From: Macrostomum lignano
Lineage: Eukaryota
Reading direction: 5' to 3'
Length of the DNA: 64,000 nucleotides
NCBI GenBank assembly: GCA_002269645.1
Contig: NIVC01001117.1
Span: forward strand, 1-64,000
Part shown: one piece after another, positions 34,801 through 48,080 of the stretch
Layout: each line of letters opens with the position of its first letter
Position numbering within the stretch: position 1 is the stretch's first letter
Notes under the pieces: model-generated
What the model was told of the DNA's origin: nothing
The model's input: the letters and a program-made list of their open reading frames with translations, nothing else
Database searches by the model: none
Program-made: the position numbers and the translations under genes

Positions 34801-36783
34801 ACTAGGAAGCCGAGAGGATCATAGTCACGTGCCAGAAGCTGTAGCATGACTCGCTTGGATTGCGTAGCTCTGAGTAACTCCTCTGGTGGTGAGAACCGAA
34901 GCACGAACACGTCCGATCCGGTTTCCCAGTGCAACCCAAGGACCTTCGACAACACGCCCTCCTCACTCAATGAGGCGGAGGAGTAGCTCCCCTGGTCCTC
35001 CGTCATTCTGAGAGTCTCTACTGACAGGGCTGGAGCCAGAATGTCCTGGTCTGTAGCGCTAGCTCGAACTGCGGACAAAACCGCTTTACTGTTGGACTGC
35101 CGATGGCGTAGACTCATACCTGCCTGGCGGAAGACGTGACGGGATTTTTGGATGAGTTCCATGGCTTGCCGTTCGCTTGCACACCCAGAGATTAGATTGT
35201 CCACATAGATCTCTTTCGATACTTTGTCCATGAACTGCGCATCCTGGTCCTGATGAGATGCTAAATGATGTTGAATGACCGTCTCCAGAATCGCAGGTGA
35301 GCAGGTGAGTCCGAATACCAAAGCGGCGTAACGAAGAACAACGAGTGGCGATTCAGCTCGACTTGGATCCTGTGGCCAGAGAAACCGCAGTGCATCCCGA
35401 TCTTCTTCAGCAATGCGAATCTGAAGAAACGCCTCAATATCAACTGTAAGAGCGATCGGATGAAACCGGAATGCTTGAAGAAGACGAGGAATCTCGACTA
35501 ACGAACACGATCCAGTCTCCAGGCACTCATTCAAGGACGAGCTCCACCGATCTCGCTTAGCACTGGCATCGAAAACTACTCTGACCTTTGTCGACTCTGC
35601 TTCAGGACGAATCACTGCTCGGTGAGGCAAGTAGTGGACAAGATGGTGCGTGCCGTCGGGAACCTCCTCCACTATTCCAGCTGTAGCTGTAGAGAAGATG
35701 TAGGGTACCGTGTTAGCGCGCAATGTGAAGGGAGTGACGCCGTCAAGCTTACGAAGTTGTAACTCAACCTTTTCCGTTTGTAAGACCTTGGGCTCGGTGC
35801 CTCCAAATGTAGTCACTTCCATTGTCTCTGCCGATCACACAGAGTCCCATACGCTCAGCTACGCCCGACAGGATGAATGAACGGTTGCTCGCAGAGTCAA
35901 AGAGAATTCGAACCCGTGTTTCACTGCAGCCATCTGGTGAAATCAGTACAGCTCCCGCAGTACGAAGAACTACTGTCTGGGCCTTGGTGACCATCGCCAT
36001 AGTCTTTACTTCGTGACTCTTGACACTCTGCGCGGCCGACTGTTCGACTTTCTTCTTCTCTGAACCCGCCGTATCGAAGGTGCAATAGGCGTCTTGTCTG
36101 CCGGTCTCGGTGGCTGTTCCACTCGCGCAGCGCAGACTGGGATGATGCTTTAACCACAGATCTTATAAACACTAGATAGGCCACTCCAGCTAATTTATTC
36201 ACAACACGACTGTTTACTCTACTTTCTGCTTAGTAGTAGTAAAAGCATTTTAGCGTTATTTATATTTAAAAAACAAAAAAACAAAATGAATGCAATGCAG
36301 CAATTGTATTGATTTTAATTGCAAAAAGAAACTTATAATTATACTTTCTACAATTCAAAGCAACATAGTGAATGCTTTAGATTGCATTGAAGGCTATATT
36401 ATTGTAGTCAACTATTGTATATTTAGCAAATACGACCTATATCATATACTCTATATTCGTGTAGCAAAATAGAAAGATTTCTCGTTTTAATCAGCTCATC
36501 TGTTTGTGAAACTTTCGCAGCGTGCTGTCGAAGCACAGGGTCGCCAGTCGCCTTTGTTCAGAGGCAGCATTCAGCACGGCTTAAGAGATGAAAAAAACTG
36601 GCAAATCCCCCTTCGAATCCCCCTTAATCAACAATTAAGCGCTCACTGAGAGGCCTGCGAATATATTATATATTTAGCTCAGTCTCTCGCAACAACCACC
36701 CCACCATGCGTACAGAGGAGAGGGGACGCTAAGCGTACATACAAACCAGAGGGTGCTAGGCAGGCACACAACTAACCCTAACA
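31842..36783 (-). mobile_element. Decayed Bel/Pao LTR retrotransposon
   Basis: 3' LTR at 31842-31991 (TG...CA) with polypurine tract aggggggag adjacent; partial 5' LTR at about 36626-36783; agtta flanks; internal pol fragments in Bel/Pao order PR-RT-RH-IN. Confidence 0.92.
32592..36120 (-). pseudogene. Frameshifted, internally deleted Bel/Pao pol polyprotein; gag almost absent
   Basis: Protease ILFDSASNRSFI; RT YLPHRAV...VRVVFDAS...FGLTCSPAIL...YVDNL; RNase H LHGFCDAS...PRLELLAA...WTDS; WRHVPG.ENPA; integrase zinc finger H..LH...C..C, GLDYCGP, FTCAATRALHLE, RRGIPS and LNSRPL; split over several frames. Confidence 0.92.
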
Positions 36784-36823
36784 AGTTAGTTAGTGAGTTA
36801 GCTATTTAGTCAGTTAGTTAGTC

Positions 36824-37162
<339 letters not shown>

Positions 37163-38294
37163 GTAGCTAATCAGTTATTAGCTAGACTTTAGTTTTTCGG
37201 CTACAAACAAAAACCAAGAGCATAGAGCATACTCTCCCTGAAGAGACTGATAATTATATAATATAACCTGAAAATTAAATAAGTGTACAAGTAGTTAATA
37301 AGTATACAAAAAATTCATGGTATGCTGAAAAGTACGCGTAGGTGAATCGATACAAATAAATGTAAATGAAGCCCTCTCCTAAGCAGTCAGTTGCACCCCC
37401 GCCAGTCGATTGTGCTCGGCAGGCAAACTGTGGCAGACAAATGACAGCATCCCTGTGCAGTGTCACTCAACTCTGCTTAAACGGGGTGTGGCTACGGTGT
37501 ACTTTCTGCGTGCAGTTGCACCGGTGCACAGCGCCAGACATATTGGTGCAGACGTCAGCACGATAGGAAATTCCTAATTACTTTTGTCTTGCCATTTGGG
37601 TTCCCGATTATCAACTGCACGCAGTTCCCCCTGCCCTAACTGGCTATTGTGGATCGCTTTGGAGGCAAAAGGAGTCCTGATTAGTGCGACAAAAGTAATG
37701 ATACACGAAAATGAAAGCTGAAGCCGTTAATTCGCGAGCCAAATATCGATTCGAGCATCGCTGAGACTCTGATCCCGTTAAGAAACTGTCCTTAGTGCAT
37801 CGATTCGACCCCAAAAACACCCAACCAGCTTAGTTATCTCAGTGTCGCCTCCGGGAAGTTCTTGTCTCTGTTAAATTAACGGTTTCTCTGGTCGATATCG
37901 ATTGATTATTCACTGAGACACGGCGAGATGACCAACTTCTGTCTATATAATAACTCACCTGATCCTCTGCCGTTGAATTTTCTTTGCTCCGCAATCTAAG
38001 AGTCAAGAGTCTGCCTCTAAAGCTACGGATTTTATTCACAATGCTGGCGCTGCTAATGTTGTCGCTTCTTTTACTAGGAGAAGCCGCAGAAATTGCCCGG
38101 GCTCTGCGCCTCGCGGTGCTGGCTGAGCCGGGGCTGCTGCAGCCGGGTCTGGTGCAGCGAGTCGTCGACAGGCGGGTCAACCAGAACCCGCTGCTGTTCC
38201 CCGGCCTCGGCGAGTCCAATCCGCTCACCAGCCAGCTCGTGTCCGCTGACGACTCCGTCTTGGCTGTGCAACAGAGTGAGACATCTATGCTGTT

Positions 38295-38965
38295 GTTTAT
38301 CTATGGCCAGTGCATCAATGCACTCTGTTTATCTATGGCCACTGCATCAGTGCATTCTGTTTATCTATGGCTACTGCATCAGTGCACTCTGTTTATCTAT
38401 GGCCAGTGCATCAATGCACTCTATCTATCTATGGCCAGTGCATCAGTGCACTCTATCTATCTATGGCCAGTGCATCAGTGCACTCTGTTTATCTATGGCC
38501 AGTGCATCAGTGCATTCTGTTTATCTATGGCCAGTGAATTAGTGCACTCTGTTTATCTATGGCCAGTGCATCAGTGCATTCTTTTTATCTATGGCCACTG
38601 CATCAGTGCACTCTGTTTATCTATGGCCAGTGCATCAATGCACTCTATCTATCTATGGCCAGTGCATCAGTGCACTCTATCTATCTATGGCCAGTGCATC
38701 AGTGCACTCTGTTTATCTATGGCCAGTGCATCAGTGCATTCTGTTTATCTATGGCCAGTGAATTAGTGCACTCTGTTTATCTATGGCCAGTGCATCAGTG
38801 CATTCTTTTTATCTATGGCCAGTGCATCAGTGCACTCTGTTTATCTATGGCCAGTGAATTAGTGCATTCTGTTTATCTATGGCCAGTGCATCAGTGCACT
38901 CTGTTTATCAATGGCCAGTGAATTAGTGCACTCTGTTTATCTATGGCCAGTGAATTAGTGCACTC
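38295..38965. repeat. 32-bp minisatellite in iGluR B intron 1 (no P element)
   Basis: Direct reading. Confidence 0.95.
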
Positions 38966-41029
38966 TAATACACTAGCTGTAAAACAATAACATTAAAATC
39001 CTATACTTAATTAATTACCTTGCAGTCTGTCGGTCCAGCGGATTCCACGGCCTCGTGGCAGTCGGCAGCTGCTCTCTGGGCAGCTCGGTGCACCGGCTGG
39101 CCAAGTCCTTGCGAGTGCCCGCCATTTTTGTGCCAGCGGGGGAGCTGTGCCAGCTGGACACTGCTGAGTCTGGTATGTGAGCTGTGCCTGCTGCATGGAC
39201 ACTGCAGAGTCTGGTATGTGAGCTGTGCCTGCTGCATGGACACTGCTGAGTCTGGTATGTGAGCTGTGCCTGCTGCATGGACACTGCAGAGTCTGGTATG
39301 TGAGCTGTGCCTGCTGCATGGACACTGCAGAGTCTGGTATGTGAGCTGTGCCTGCTGCATGGACACTGCAGAGTCTGGTATGTGAGCTGTGAGCTGTGTA
39401 GCCAGGTGCATCAAGACCCGTCCGCCAACCCAATTGCAGAGTTCTCATTCGTTGGCGAAGACCATCCCATCGGCCGCATTGGGTCTATCGAAGCCTTGCT
39501 TCGGTCAAAGTCAGCCAGTGTCGTGTCGATATTTTTTGACAATCATCAGAGTGAGCACAGGCGTTTTGAACTCAACTCTGCCGTTCATCACTTTTTTTAA
39601 ATGCCTAGGTAATACAAAAAATTGAAAAAAAAACACTTCAGATGAGCAGCTCATTCGGTCCCTGCACAACCAGCTGGCAGATGTGGACCAGCTCGAGCTC
39701 CACCAACGCCAGCTGCAACGGCGCCACTCGAGCATGGCCTGATGGCGCACTGGCAGCTCGCGCTCTCGCTAAGGTTGTGAGCGACTTGTCTGCATTCCAA
39801 CACATTCACATCCGGCATCACTGCTGGGAAACTTTTCATTGGAATTCCAGACCACGGACTTCAACACACTCGGCTCCCTGATTTCCTACAATGGCACCAC
39901 GAGGCACTTCACCAGCTACATCGAGGCGGTGTCCACCTTCCACGCCTTCTACACGAGTCCGCTGAGGTACATCGAGAGCGCCAGGTACCACCCCGACAAC
40001 GCCTCGCTCAGCGTCTCGTTCGTCTACAAAGACAGGCGACTGGCTTTCCCGAACACCTTCGTGGACTTCAAGAACCGAACTCTCCGAGTCTGCGCTCCGG
40101 ATGTAAGTCGAGAAGGCTTCCTATTAAGTTTGTAGGAGTATTGCTCACCTAATTTAAGACTTTAACAGTAGAACAACCTAGAGGGGAAGAATTCCCCCTG
40201 ACAATTTTTTGTCAACGCAGGCACACGAAATTCAAGTCTACGGACTAACTTTCTGTTGCGCACCTTCTCAAACAAGAATCAAGTCGCCAGCCCTCCAGAC
40301 CGTCGAGATATTCGACCATTCTGCCAGAAGGTCGGAATTTTTCCATAAGCGCTACTGTTCTCAGTACACCCCAGTGCGCCAAACAGCACTGCGCCAAGCC
40401 TCTAAATTTCATCATCACGTCGAAAACATGTGTCTGCATCAGCTCTGACTTCGTTGGTCACTGGCCTTCACCCTAGCGGAGCTTCTGGACCTTCACCCTG
40501 GCGGTGGGCAAGCCTCAACTGCTGGACATCCTCAGCTAGTCTCTCAAGAATTCCGTCATCACCTCGATGTTGAATTTCGTGTGCCTGCGTTGCTCCCCCC
40601 GTCCGGCGGAAAATGGCTTGGTTTTCCTACTGTTGATCCGGCTTTCCAGTTCCGGCCGTACACCGTATTCGATAACAGGACGGACGGCAAGGTCACTGGC
40701 CACTCTGAAGATCTGCTTAACGTGCTGAGGATCGACCTTAATTTCTCGTGAGCGCCGAATAATACTTGAAAATCATGATGCTTTCGGATAAAAGAGAGTT
40801 AATGAACCGCTTTTGTTGATCTGAATCTGTAGCACCATCGTTTTAAAGCCGCCTGATGGCGTCTTCGGCACTCCGATCAATGGAACTCAGCAATTTTCCG
40901 GCTGCATCGGAGAGCTGCAGAAGGGAGTGAGTCGTGCTGCTTGCTTCTATTCAATGCTTTTCTTTCCAAAGTAAATTTAAACTGGGGATTTTTAATACAG
41001 TCTTTAATTAGTCTTTGTTGTCTTTGTTG

Positions 41030-41482
41030 TTCCTGTCTATGACCAGTCCTCACCTGCTCCTGTCTATGACCAGTCCTCACCTGCTCCTGTCTATGACCAG
41101 TCCTCACCTGCTCCTGTCTATGATCAGTCCTCACCTGCTCCTGTCTATGACCAGTCCTCACCTGCTCCTGTCTATGATCAGTCCTCACCTGCTCCTGTCT
41201 ATGACCAGTCCTCACCTGCTCCTGTCTATGACCAGTCCTCACCTGCTCCTGTCTATGACCAGTCCTCACCTGCTCCTGTCTATGACCAGTCCTCACCTGC
41301 TCCTGTCTATGATCAGTCCTCACCTGCTCCTGTCTATGATCAGTCCTCACCTGATCCTGTCTATGATCAGTCCTCACCTGCTCCTGTCTTTGACCAGTCC
41401 TCACCTGCTCCTGTCTATGATCAGTCCTCACCTGCTCCTGTCTTTGACCAGTCCTCACCTGCTCCTGTCTATGACCAGTCCT
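41030..41482. repeat. 27-bp minisatellite (ctatgaccagtcctcacctgctcctgt)
   Basis: Direct reading. Confidence 0.95.
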
Positions 41483-42297
41483 AACCTTGCTGAACTCGAA
41501 CCGTTGCACTTCTCACAAGAATTCGGATCTGGCCATGCTGTTTGCCATCACGAACGTTCGCTATGCCGTCGTGGACTACTTGGATGACTACCTGTACTCA
41601 TCCAACAACATCCTGGTCCGCATACCGCCTCCTGCCAGCAAAATCTGGAACGTGTTCACGCCGATGACTCCGCAAGTTTGGCTGCTACTGGTTGCCTCCA
41701 TCTTCATCGTGCCCTTCATCATCTACCTGTTGGCCTTGTTCAGCCCTTTCTCCGCTTATAACCTCAAACTGAGCTTTGGTTTTGCCGACGAAATCTGGTA
41801 CAAGGAGCACCTCTGGTCCACCATAGGCAGTTTCTTGCAACAGGGTCAGGACTTTTATCCGTTCGCAATGTCTGCCCGAATCGTGATGGCTTTCTGGTGG
41901 CTGCTCACCGTTATTATATTTGGAGCCTACACCGGTGACCTTGCGGCTCACCTGGCTACATCAGTCAGCAGTCTGCCGATCCAGACTCTGCAGGACCTGG
42001 TGTCCATGCCTTACTACACTGCTTTAGTACCAAGGGGAACCAACATTCAGACAGCGATCGACATGGCTACGTCGGGACCGATGTTCCAGCTGAAGTCCAT
42101 GACTGTGCTGGTGCAATCGCACGAGGACTGCGCTAGGAAGGTGAGGCTCGAAAAGGCAGACTTGTTTTGTTGGCGGCACGAGAGTTGCCCGCCGGGAGCT
42201 GAATAGAGATTTTCGGCAGGCGTAGCCATGTACTCACCGCCCAGCAGCTGGTTGCAGCCAGCTTCTAGCAGGAAGCAGTTACAGGCACCTTTGTAGT

Positions 42298-43270
42298 TTG
42301 CCCCTCTGTAGCTGGCGCCCCCTCTGTAGCTGGCGCCCCCTCTGTTGCTGGCGCCCCCTCTGTAGCTGGCGCCCCCTCTGTTGCTGGCGCCCCCTCTGTT
42401 GCTGGCGCCCCCTCTGTAGCTGGCGCCCCCTCTGTAGCTGGCGCCCCCTCTGTAGCTGGCGCCCCTCTGTAGCTGGCGCCCCCTCTGTAGCTGGCGCCCC
42501 TCTGTAGCTGGCGCCCCCTCTGTAGCTGGCGCCCCCTCTGTAGCTGGCGCCCCTCTGTAGCTGGCGCCCCTCTGTAGCTGGCGCCCCTCTGTAGCTGGCG
42601 CCCCCTCTGTAGCTGGCGCCCCTCTGTAGCTGACGCCCCTTTGTAGCTGGCGCCCCCTCTGTAGCTGGCACCCCCTCTGTTGCTGGCGCCCCCTCTGTAG
42701 CTGGCGCCCCTCTGTAGCTGGCGCCCCCTCTGTAGCTGACGCCCCTCTGTAGCTGGCGCCCCCTCTCTTGCTGGCGCCCCCTAATCCAATCTACACACCC
42801 TATCACCCCAGCTACACCCTAGAACCTCAGTTGCATTCCCAGTAACCCAGCTACATACCCAGTTCCCCAGCTACACACCCCAGTAACCCAACTACACACC
42901 CCAGTAACCCAGCTACACACCCCAGTAACCCAGCTACACACCCTAGTAACCCAGCTACACACCCTAGTAACCCAACTACACACCCCAGTAACCCAGCTAC
43001 ACACCCCAGTAACCCAGCTACACACCCCAGTAACCCAGCTACACACCCCAATAACCCAGCTACACACCCCAATAACCCAGCTACACACCCCAGTAACCCA
43101 GCTACACACCCCAATAACCCAGCTACACACCCCAGTAACCCAGCTACACACCCCAGTAACCCAGCTACACACCCCAGTAACCCAGCTACACACCCCAATA
43201 ACCCAGCTACACACCCCAGTAACCCAGCTACACACTCCAGAACCCCAGCTACATGTACATAACCCAGTAC
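42298..43270. repeat. Adjacent about 18-bp (gctggcgccccctctgta) and 21-bp (cccagtaacccagctacacac) minisatellites
   Basis: Direct reading. Confidence 0.93.
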
Positions 43271-43714
43271 CCCAGAGCTCTACATACCCTTAGTAGACAC
43301 TCAGTGTCTCGCGTACAAAATTTACGCGGGAAAATCTCGGCGGACAATTCTTGTACATTTAGATCTCGTTTGGTTTCGTGTAGAGTCTCAGTCTTCAAAA
43401 TATTGCCTGCATTTTCAGCTTTTAGCAACAAACAATCCGTACACTGTGTGCATCGCGGATCAGATGTCCAATCTGTACTTTGCTAACCAATTCTGCGAAA
43501 ATGTTTACGTGGCTAAGGAATATTTTAACTTTTACTATCTGGCTTAGACGGTGCCACAGGATGCGTTTTACATCGATGCTATGAATTTTGTGTAAGTTTA
43601 TTAAATGTTTATGAGATTCATGATGGACTGTAGATCTTTGAGTCGTTAAGCGTATGCGCACTGATTCGAAATACTCCAAGATCCTCAGGCCTCTCCAGCT
43701 CTTCGCGCTAACTT

Positions 43715-44300
43715 AAGGGTTCTGCTGATACGCACTTCAATTCCTCAAGCTAGCCCACACTGTACATTCGTTTCTAAATTTAGGGCTTCTGCTGATACAC
43801 GCTTCAACTCCAACCCCCTCAAGCTAGCCCACACTGTACATTCGTTTCTAAATTTAGGGCTTCTGCTGATACACGCTTCAACTCCAGCCCCCTCAAGCTA
43901 GCCCACACTGTACATTCGTTTCTAAATTTAGGGCTTCTGCTGATACACGCTTCAACTCCAACCCCCTCAAGCTAGCCCACACTGTACATTCGTTTCTAAA
44001 TTTAGGGCTTCTGCTGATACACGCTTCAACTCCAGCCCCCTCAAGCTAGCCCACACTGTACATTCGTTTCTAAATTTAGGGCTTCTGCTGATACACGCTT
44101 CAACTCCAACCCCCTCAAGCGAGCCCACACTGTACATTCGTTTCTAAATTTAGGGCTTCTGCTGATACACGCTTCAACTCCAACCCCCTCAAGCTAGCCC
44201 ACACTGTACATTCGTTTCTAAATTTAGGGCTTCTGCTGATACACGCTTCAACTCCAACCCCCTCAAGCTAGCCCACACTGTACATTCGTTTCTAAATTTA
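43715..44300. repeat. 74-bp tandem repeat in the last intron of iGluR B
   Basis: Unit gggcttctgctgatacacgcttcaactccaaccccctcaagctagcccacactgtacattcgtttctaaattta. Confidence 0.93.
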
Positions 44301-44919
44301 GAGCAGTTTTTTTAGATTATATACTTTCTTTGTAGTTATACTCAAACAGTTCACTTAGTCTCATTTTACTGTGTATTCAATTTTTTTATTCTCCTGTACT
44401 ACCAGTCTTACTTTATCTAACAACACCGTTCTCATTCTTACTAAATTTCCTCTTGCTGAAACATCCACCAGCGTAAGTCGAGCCAGAGAGAACGGCCTCG
44501 TTGACATGCTCCGACTGAAGTACTTTCCAGCCAGCAGCTCAGAGTGCTCAAGCTCCCAGCTGATGGCGGAGGCTGACCCAATCAACCTGGATGGCATCGG
44601 CGGATCCTGTTTGGTGCCAGGAGTCCTGTATTTAATTGGAATGCTCATCCTGCTGCTTGAGCTCTTCTGGACCGCCTGTCTGAGCAAGGACCCGCTGCAA
44701 TGCATCATATTCTGACTTTCTATTGATAACAGTGTCTATTCAATGCCACCCATAATTATTGAATGCACCGCATGTAAGAACAATGCCCTATGTTCAAATC
44801 ATGGCCGCACTTTACTACTTGCTAAGCGAAGTAGTCGCATCGCAAACAACTCTATTGCAAACTCAATAAAGTTCTATCTGACACTTTTAACGGCCTCATT
44901 ATCGCCAGCTGTCGTTTGG

Positions 44920-45950
44920 ACCCTCACTATCTAGACTGAAATCCGTTCTTCTGACCCTCACTATCTAGACTGAAATCCGTTTTTCTGACCCTGACTATCT
45001 AGACTGCAATCCGTCCTCCTGACCCTCACTATCTAGACTGCAATCCGTCCTCCTGACCCTCACTATCTAGACTGAAAGCCGTCCTCCTGACCCTCACTAT
45101 CTAGACTGAAACCCGTCCTCCTGACCTTCACTATCTAGACTGAAACCCGCCCTCCTGACCCTCACTATCTAGACTGCAATCCGCCCTCCTGACCCTCACT
45201 ATCTAGACTGAAATCCGTCCTCCTGACCCTCACTATCTAGACTGCAATCCGCCCTCCTGACCCTCACTATCTAGACTGAAACCCGCCCTCCTGACCCTCA
45301 CTATCTAGACTGAAACCCGCCCTCCTGACCCTCACTATCTAGACTGCAATCCGCCCTCCTGACCCTCACTATCTAGACTGAAATCCGTTCTTCTGACCCT
45401 CACTATCTAGACTGCAATCCGTCCTCCTGACCCTCACTATCTAGACTGCAATCCGTTCTTCTGACCCTCACTATCTAGACTGCAATCCGTCCTCCTGACC
45501 CTCACTATCTAGACTGCAATCCGCCCTTCTGACCCTCACTATCTAGACTGAAATCCGTTCTTCTGACCCTCACTATCTAGACTGCAATCCGTCCTCCTGA
45601 CCCTCACTATCTAGACTGCAATCCGTCCTCCTGACCCTCACTATCTAGACTGCAATCCGTCCTCCTGACCCTCACTATCTAGACTGCAATCCGCCCTTCT
45701 GACCCTCACTATCTAGACTGAAATCCGTTCTTCTGACCCTCACTATCTAGACTGCAATCCGTCCTCCTGACCCTCACTATCTAGACTGCAATCCGCCCTT
45801 CTGACCCTCACTATCTAGACTGCAATCCGTCCTCCTGACCCTCACTATCTAGACTGCAATCCGCCCTTCTGACCCTCACTATCTAGACTGAAACCCGTCC
45901 TCCTGACCCTCACTATCTAGACTGAAACCCGTCCTCCTGACCCTCACCAG
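44920..45950. repeat. 34-bp minisatellite (tgaccctcactatctagactgcaatccgtcctcc)
   Basis: Direct reading. Confidence 0.95.
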
Positions 45951-46599
45951 ACTGTAATGCCCCTTCTCTGCCCAAGCTACTTGTATGCATAGTTTTTTAC
46001 TTTTACCACTTCGTTCATAAATTCTACTTTGAAAAATAGCTCACACAAGTCATTGCACGCTAAAAGCTAAGTTCTCGCACAAAATGTTTGTCGCGGGTAG
46101 CTTTGTCGGTCTTCTACTAGCCAATGAATAGTATTTGAGCTCCAATTTAAGAGAGAGCATTCACGACTTGAAAAGCGTGACAGGATGCGAGAGCCAGACG
46201 AAAGAGGCTCAGGCTTGAGGGTTGCCGCTTTTAGAGCGAATAGAAAGTATTTTTAAATCTTCGTTCACAAGCTTGGCTTCTACTGTATATTTTTGGAAGA
46301 TTATTAGGTTGTAGCTGAACTTATTTCATCAGCCTCGTTGCTGCGATCAACGGATTCAAACTTGTCAATCAGTGAACTTTTAAATGTAATAAAAGTTCCT
46401 AGACTTTCTCTACTAGAGAATCTGGAAATTCTGACTGACTAGGATTCTTTTGTCAATTTCTACCATACCCTTGAGCTCACTTCCTTGGGGTAATTCGCTT
46501 TGTAAAGTAATTTAGCTAGCTCTCATGTATTCTCATTCATCTGCATTTGATCACCGCACACTGTGAGTGCAGGATTAGAAATCCCGAAAGAGTGATTGT

Positions 46600-46985
46600 G
46601 CAGGATTTATTATGTCTATAGTCAAACCTCCCCCGGAGCGTGCAGGATTGATTATGTCTATGGCCAAACCTCCCCCGGAGCGTGCAGGATTGATTATGTC
46701 TATGGCCAAACCTCCCCCGTAGCGTGCAGGATTGATTATGTCTATGGCCAAACCTCCCCCGGAGCGTGCAGGATTGATTATGTCTATGGCCAAACCTCCC
46801 CCGGAGCGTGCAGGATTGATTATGTCTATGGCCAAACCTCCCCCGGAGCGTGCAGGATTGATTATTTCTATGGCCAAACCTCGGGCCCGGAGCGTGCAGG
46901 ATTGATTATGTCTATGGCCAAACCTCGGGCCCGGAGCGTGCAGGATTGATTATATCTATGGTTAAACCTCGGCCCCGGAGCGTGT
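46600..46985. repeat. 42-bp minisatellite (gcgtgcaggattgattatgtctatggccaaacctcccccgga)
   Basis: Direct reading; a remnant continues after the SINE to about 47410. Confidence 0.92.
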
Positions 46986-46989
46986 GGGA

Positions 46990-47340
46990 TTTTTTTATTA
47001 GAGGCAGGGGGTTGTGTGCACCCTGGCGTACTTTAAGCGACATTGTCGCACAACCGGCGAGAGGCATTACTGCCCATTCCGCCGACTCCCCTGAGAAGGC
47101 ACACAAGCGCGCGGATACGTAAGCAGTCATACGCACAGGCAAACACTCACACAGGAGTGTACAGCGGCCCTAACTTTATTTATCGTTTATCGGGGTTTGG
47201 CCCTCAAGGCCGTTAGTTGCACGAGCAGAGCCAAGCCGAGGTTCCAATTTAGCCCCAATTCAATGTGACTGCACTTGGAATCGAGCATGGGGTCGCTGGC
47301 ACATCAGAGCGCCGCGCCAGACCACTGGGCTACGACCCCC
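46990..47340 (-). mobile_element. tRNA-derived SINE copy 3 (full length, more diverged) inserted in a 42-bp minisatellite
   Basis: Same body and poly(A) tail as copy 2; imperfect TSD gcgtgtggg / gcgtgcggg. Confidence 0.88.
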
Positions 47341-47945
47341 TGCGTGCGGGTTTGATTTCGTCTATGGCCAAACCACCCGAGATAGTGCAGGATTGATTAT
47401 GTCCATGGGTTAGCCTCATCAGACTCAGGCTCTCGCAAGGCTCTCTCTGTCTATATTATCAATGAAAACCTTTCATTCCAGTAGTCATTTGGCCATTGGT
47501 TGTCATGTAATTAATTTACCAGTGCTAAAGCTAAATTATTCTATGATATTGTCAGCCAATAAGAATGGATGAGAAGCCACCGGGACATTATTGAGCAGCT
47601 GAGCATTCACTCTAGCTTTTCAATTTAAGTCCTCCCAGATGCGCACAATCTCGCCAATAAATAACTCAACGACATTCAATAGCAGAGAATTTTTCGCTAA
47701 AGAAAAAAATAGTAACAGGCCATAATAAAACTTTTGCCTGAAAGGCGATTCCAGATACCCGACAGATAGCATCTGCTATCCGCACCGCTGCCAACGGGAA
47801 GGCAAAGTCAAGCAAGTCACAATACAGACGACTCAGGCTTCACCTACACAGTATCTGGGATAAATAGAGAGAAAGTCATCCGTTCCCCCTTCAACTCCGG
47901 CTGCGATGCCAAAAGATTAATTGGCCTTGCCGTGCGACCGTCGGA

Positions 47946-47947
<2 letters not shown>

Positions 47948-47991
<44 letters not shown>
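47948..47991. repeat. (GA)n microsatellite upstream of the BAMBI-like start
   Basis: Direct reading. Confidence 0.9.
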
Positions 47992-47994
<3 letters not shown>

Positions 47995-48080
47995 CACAGC
48001 AGCAGCAATCTATTAAAAAGCGGAGCAGCAGAGAAGGATCAGATTCAATCATTCTTAGAATTCCCAGCTGCGGAGACCCG

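Larger units (their letters stand above)
38041..44715 (+). pseudogene. iGluR/IR-like paralog B, probably inactivated: exons 38041-38275, 39026-39172, 39440-39550, chimeric 39642-39776, 39851-40102, 40650-40747, 40833-40926, 41520-42140, 43419-43591, 44472-44715
   Basis: Several exon lengths match paralog A exactly (147, 111, 252, 98, 94, 621, 173 nt). The exon 4/6 fusion at 39686/39687 shifts the frame to TGA at 39740-39742, and TAG at 43545-43547 stands where A has TGG. Confidence 0.82.

Noticed and set aside
36530-36630. Possible primer-binding site next to the 5' LTR (tggcgaccc; gggattcgaa)
   Set aside because: Could not be matched convincingly to a tRNA 3' end, and the LTR edge is deleted here.
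36770-36783. Telomere-like TTAGGG at the LTR tip (TGTTAGGGTTAG)
   Set aside because: A single unit; TGTTAG starts are common in LTRs.
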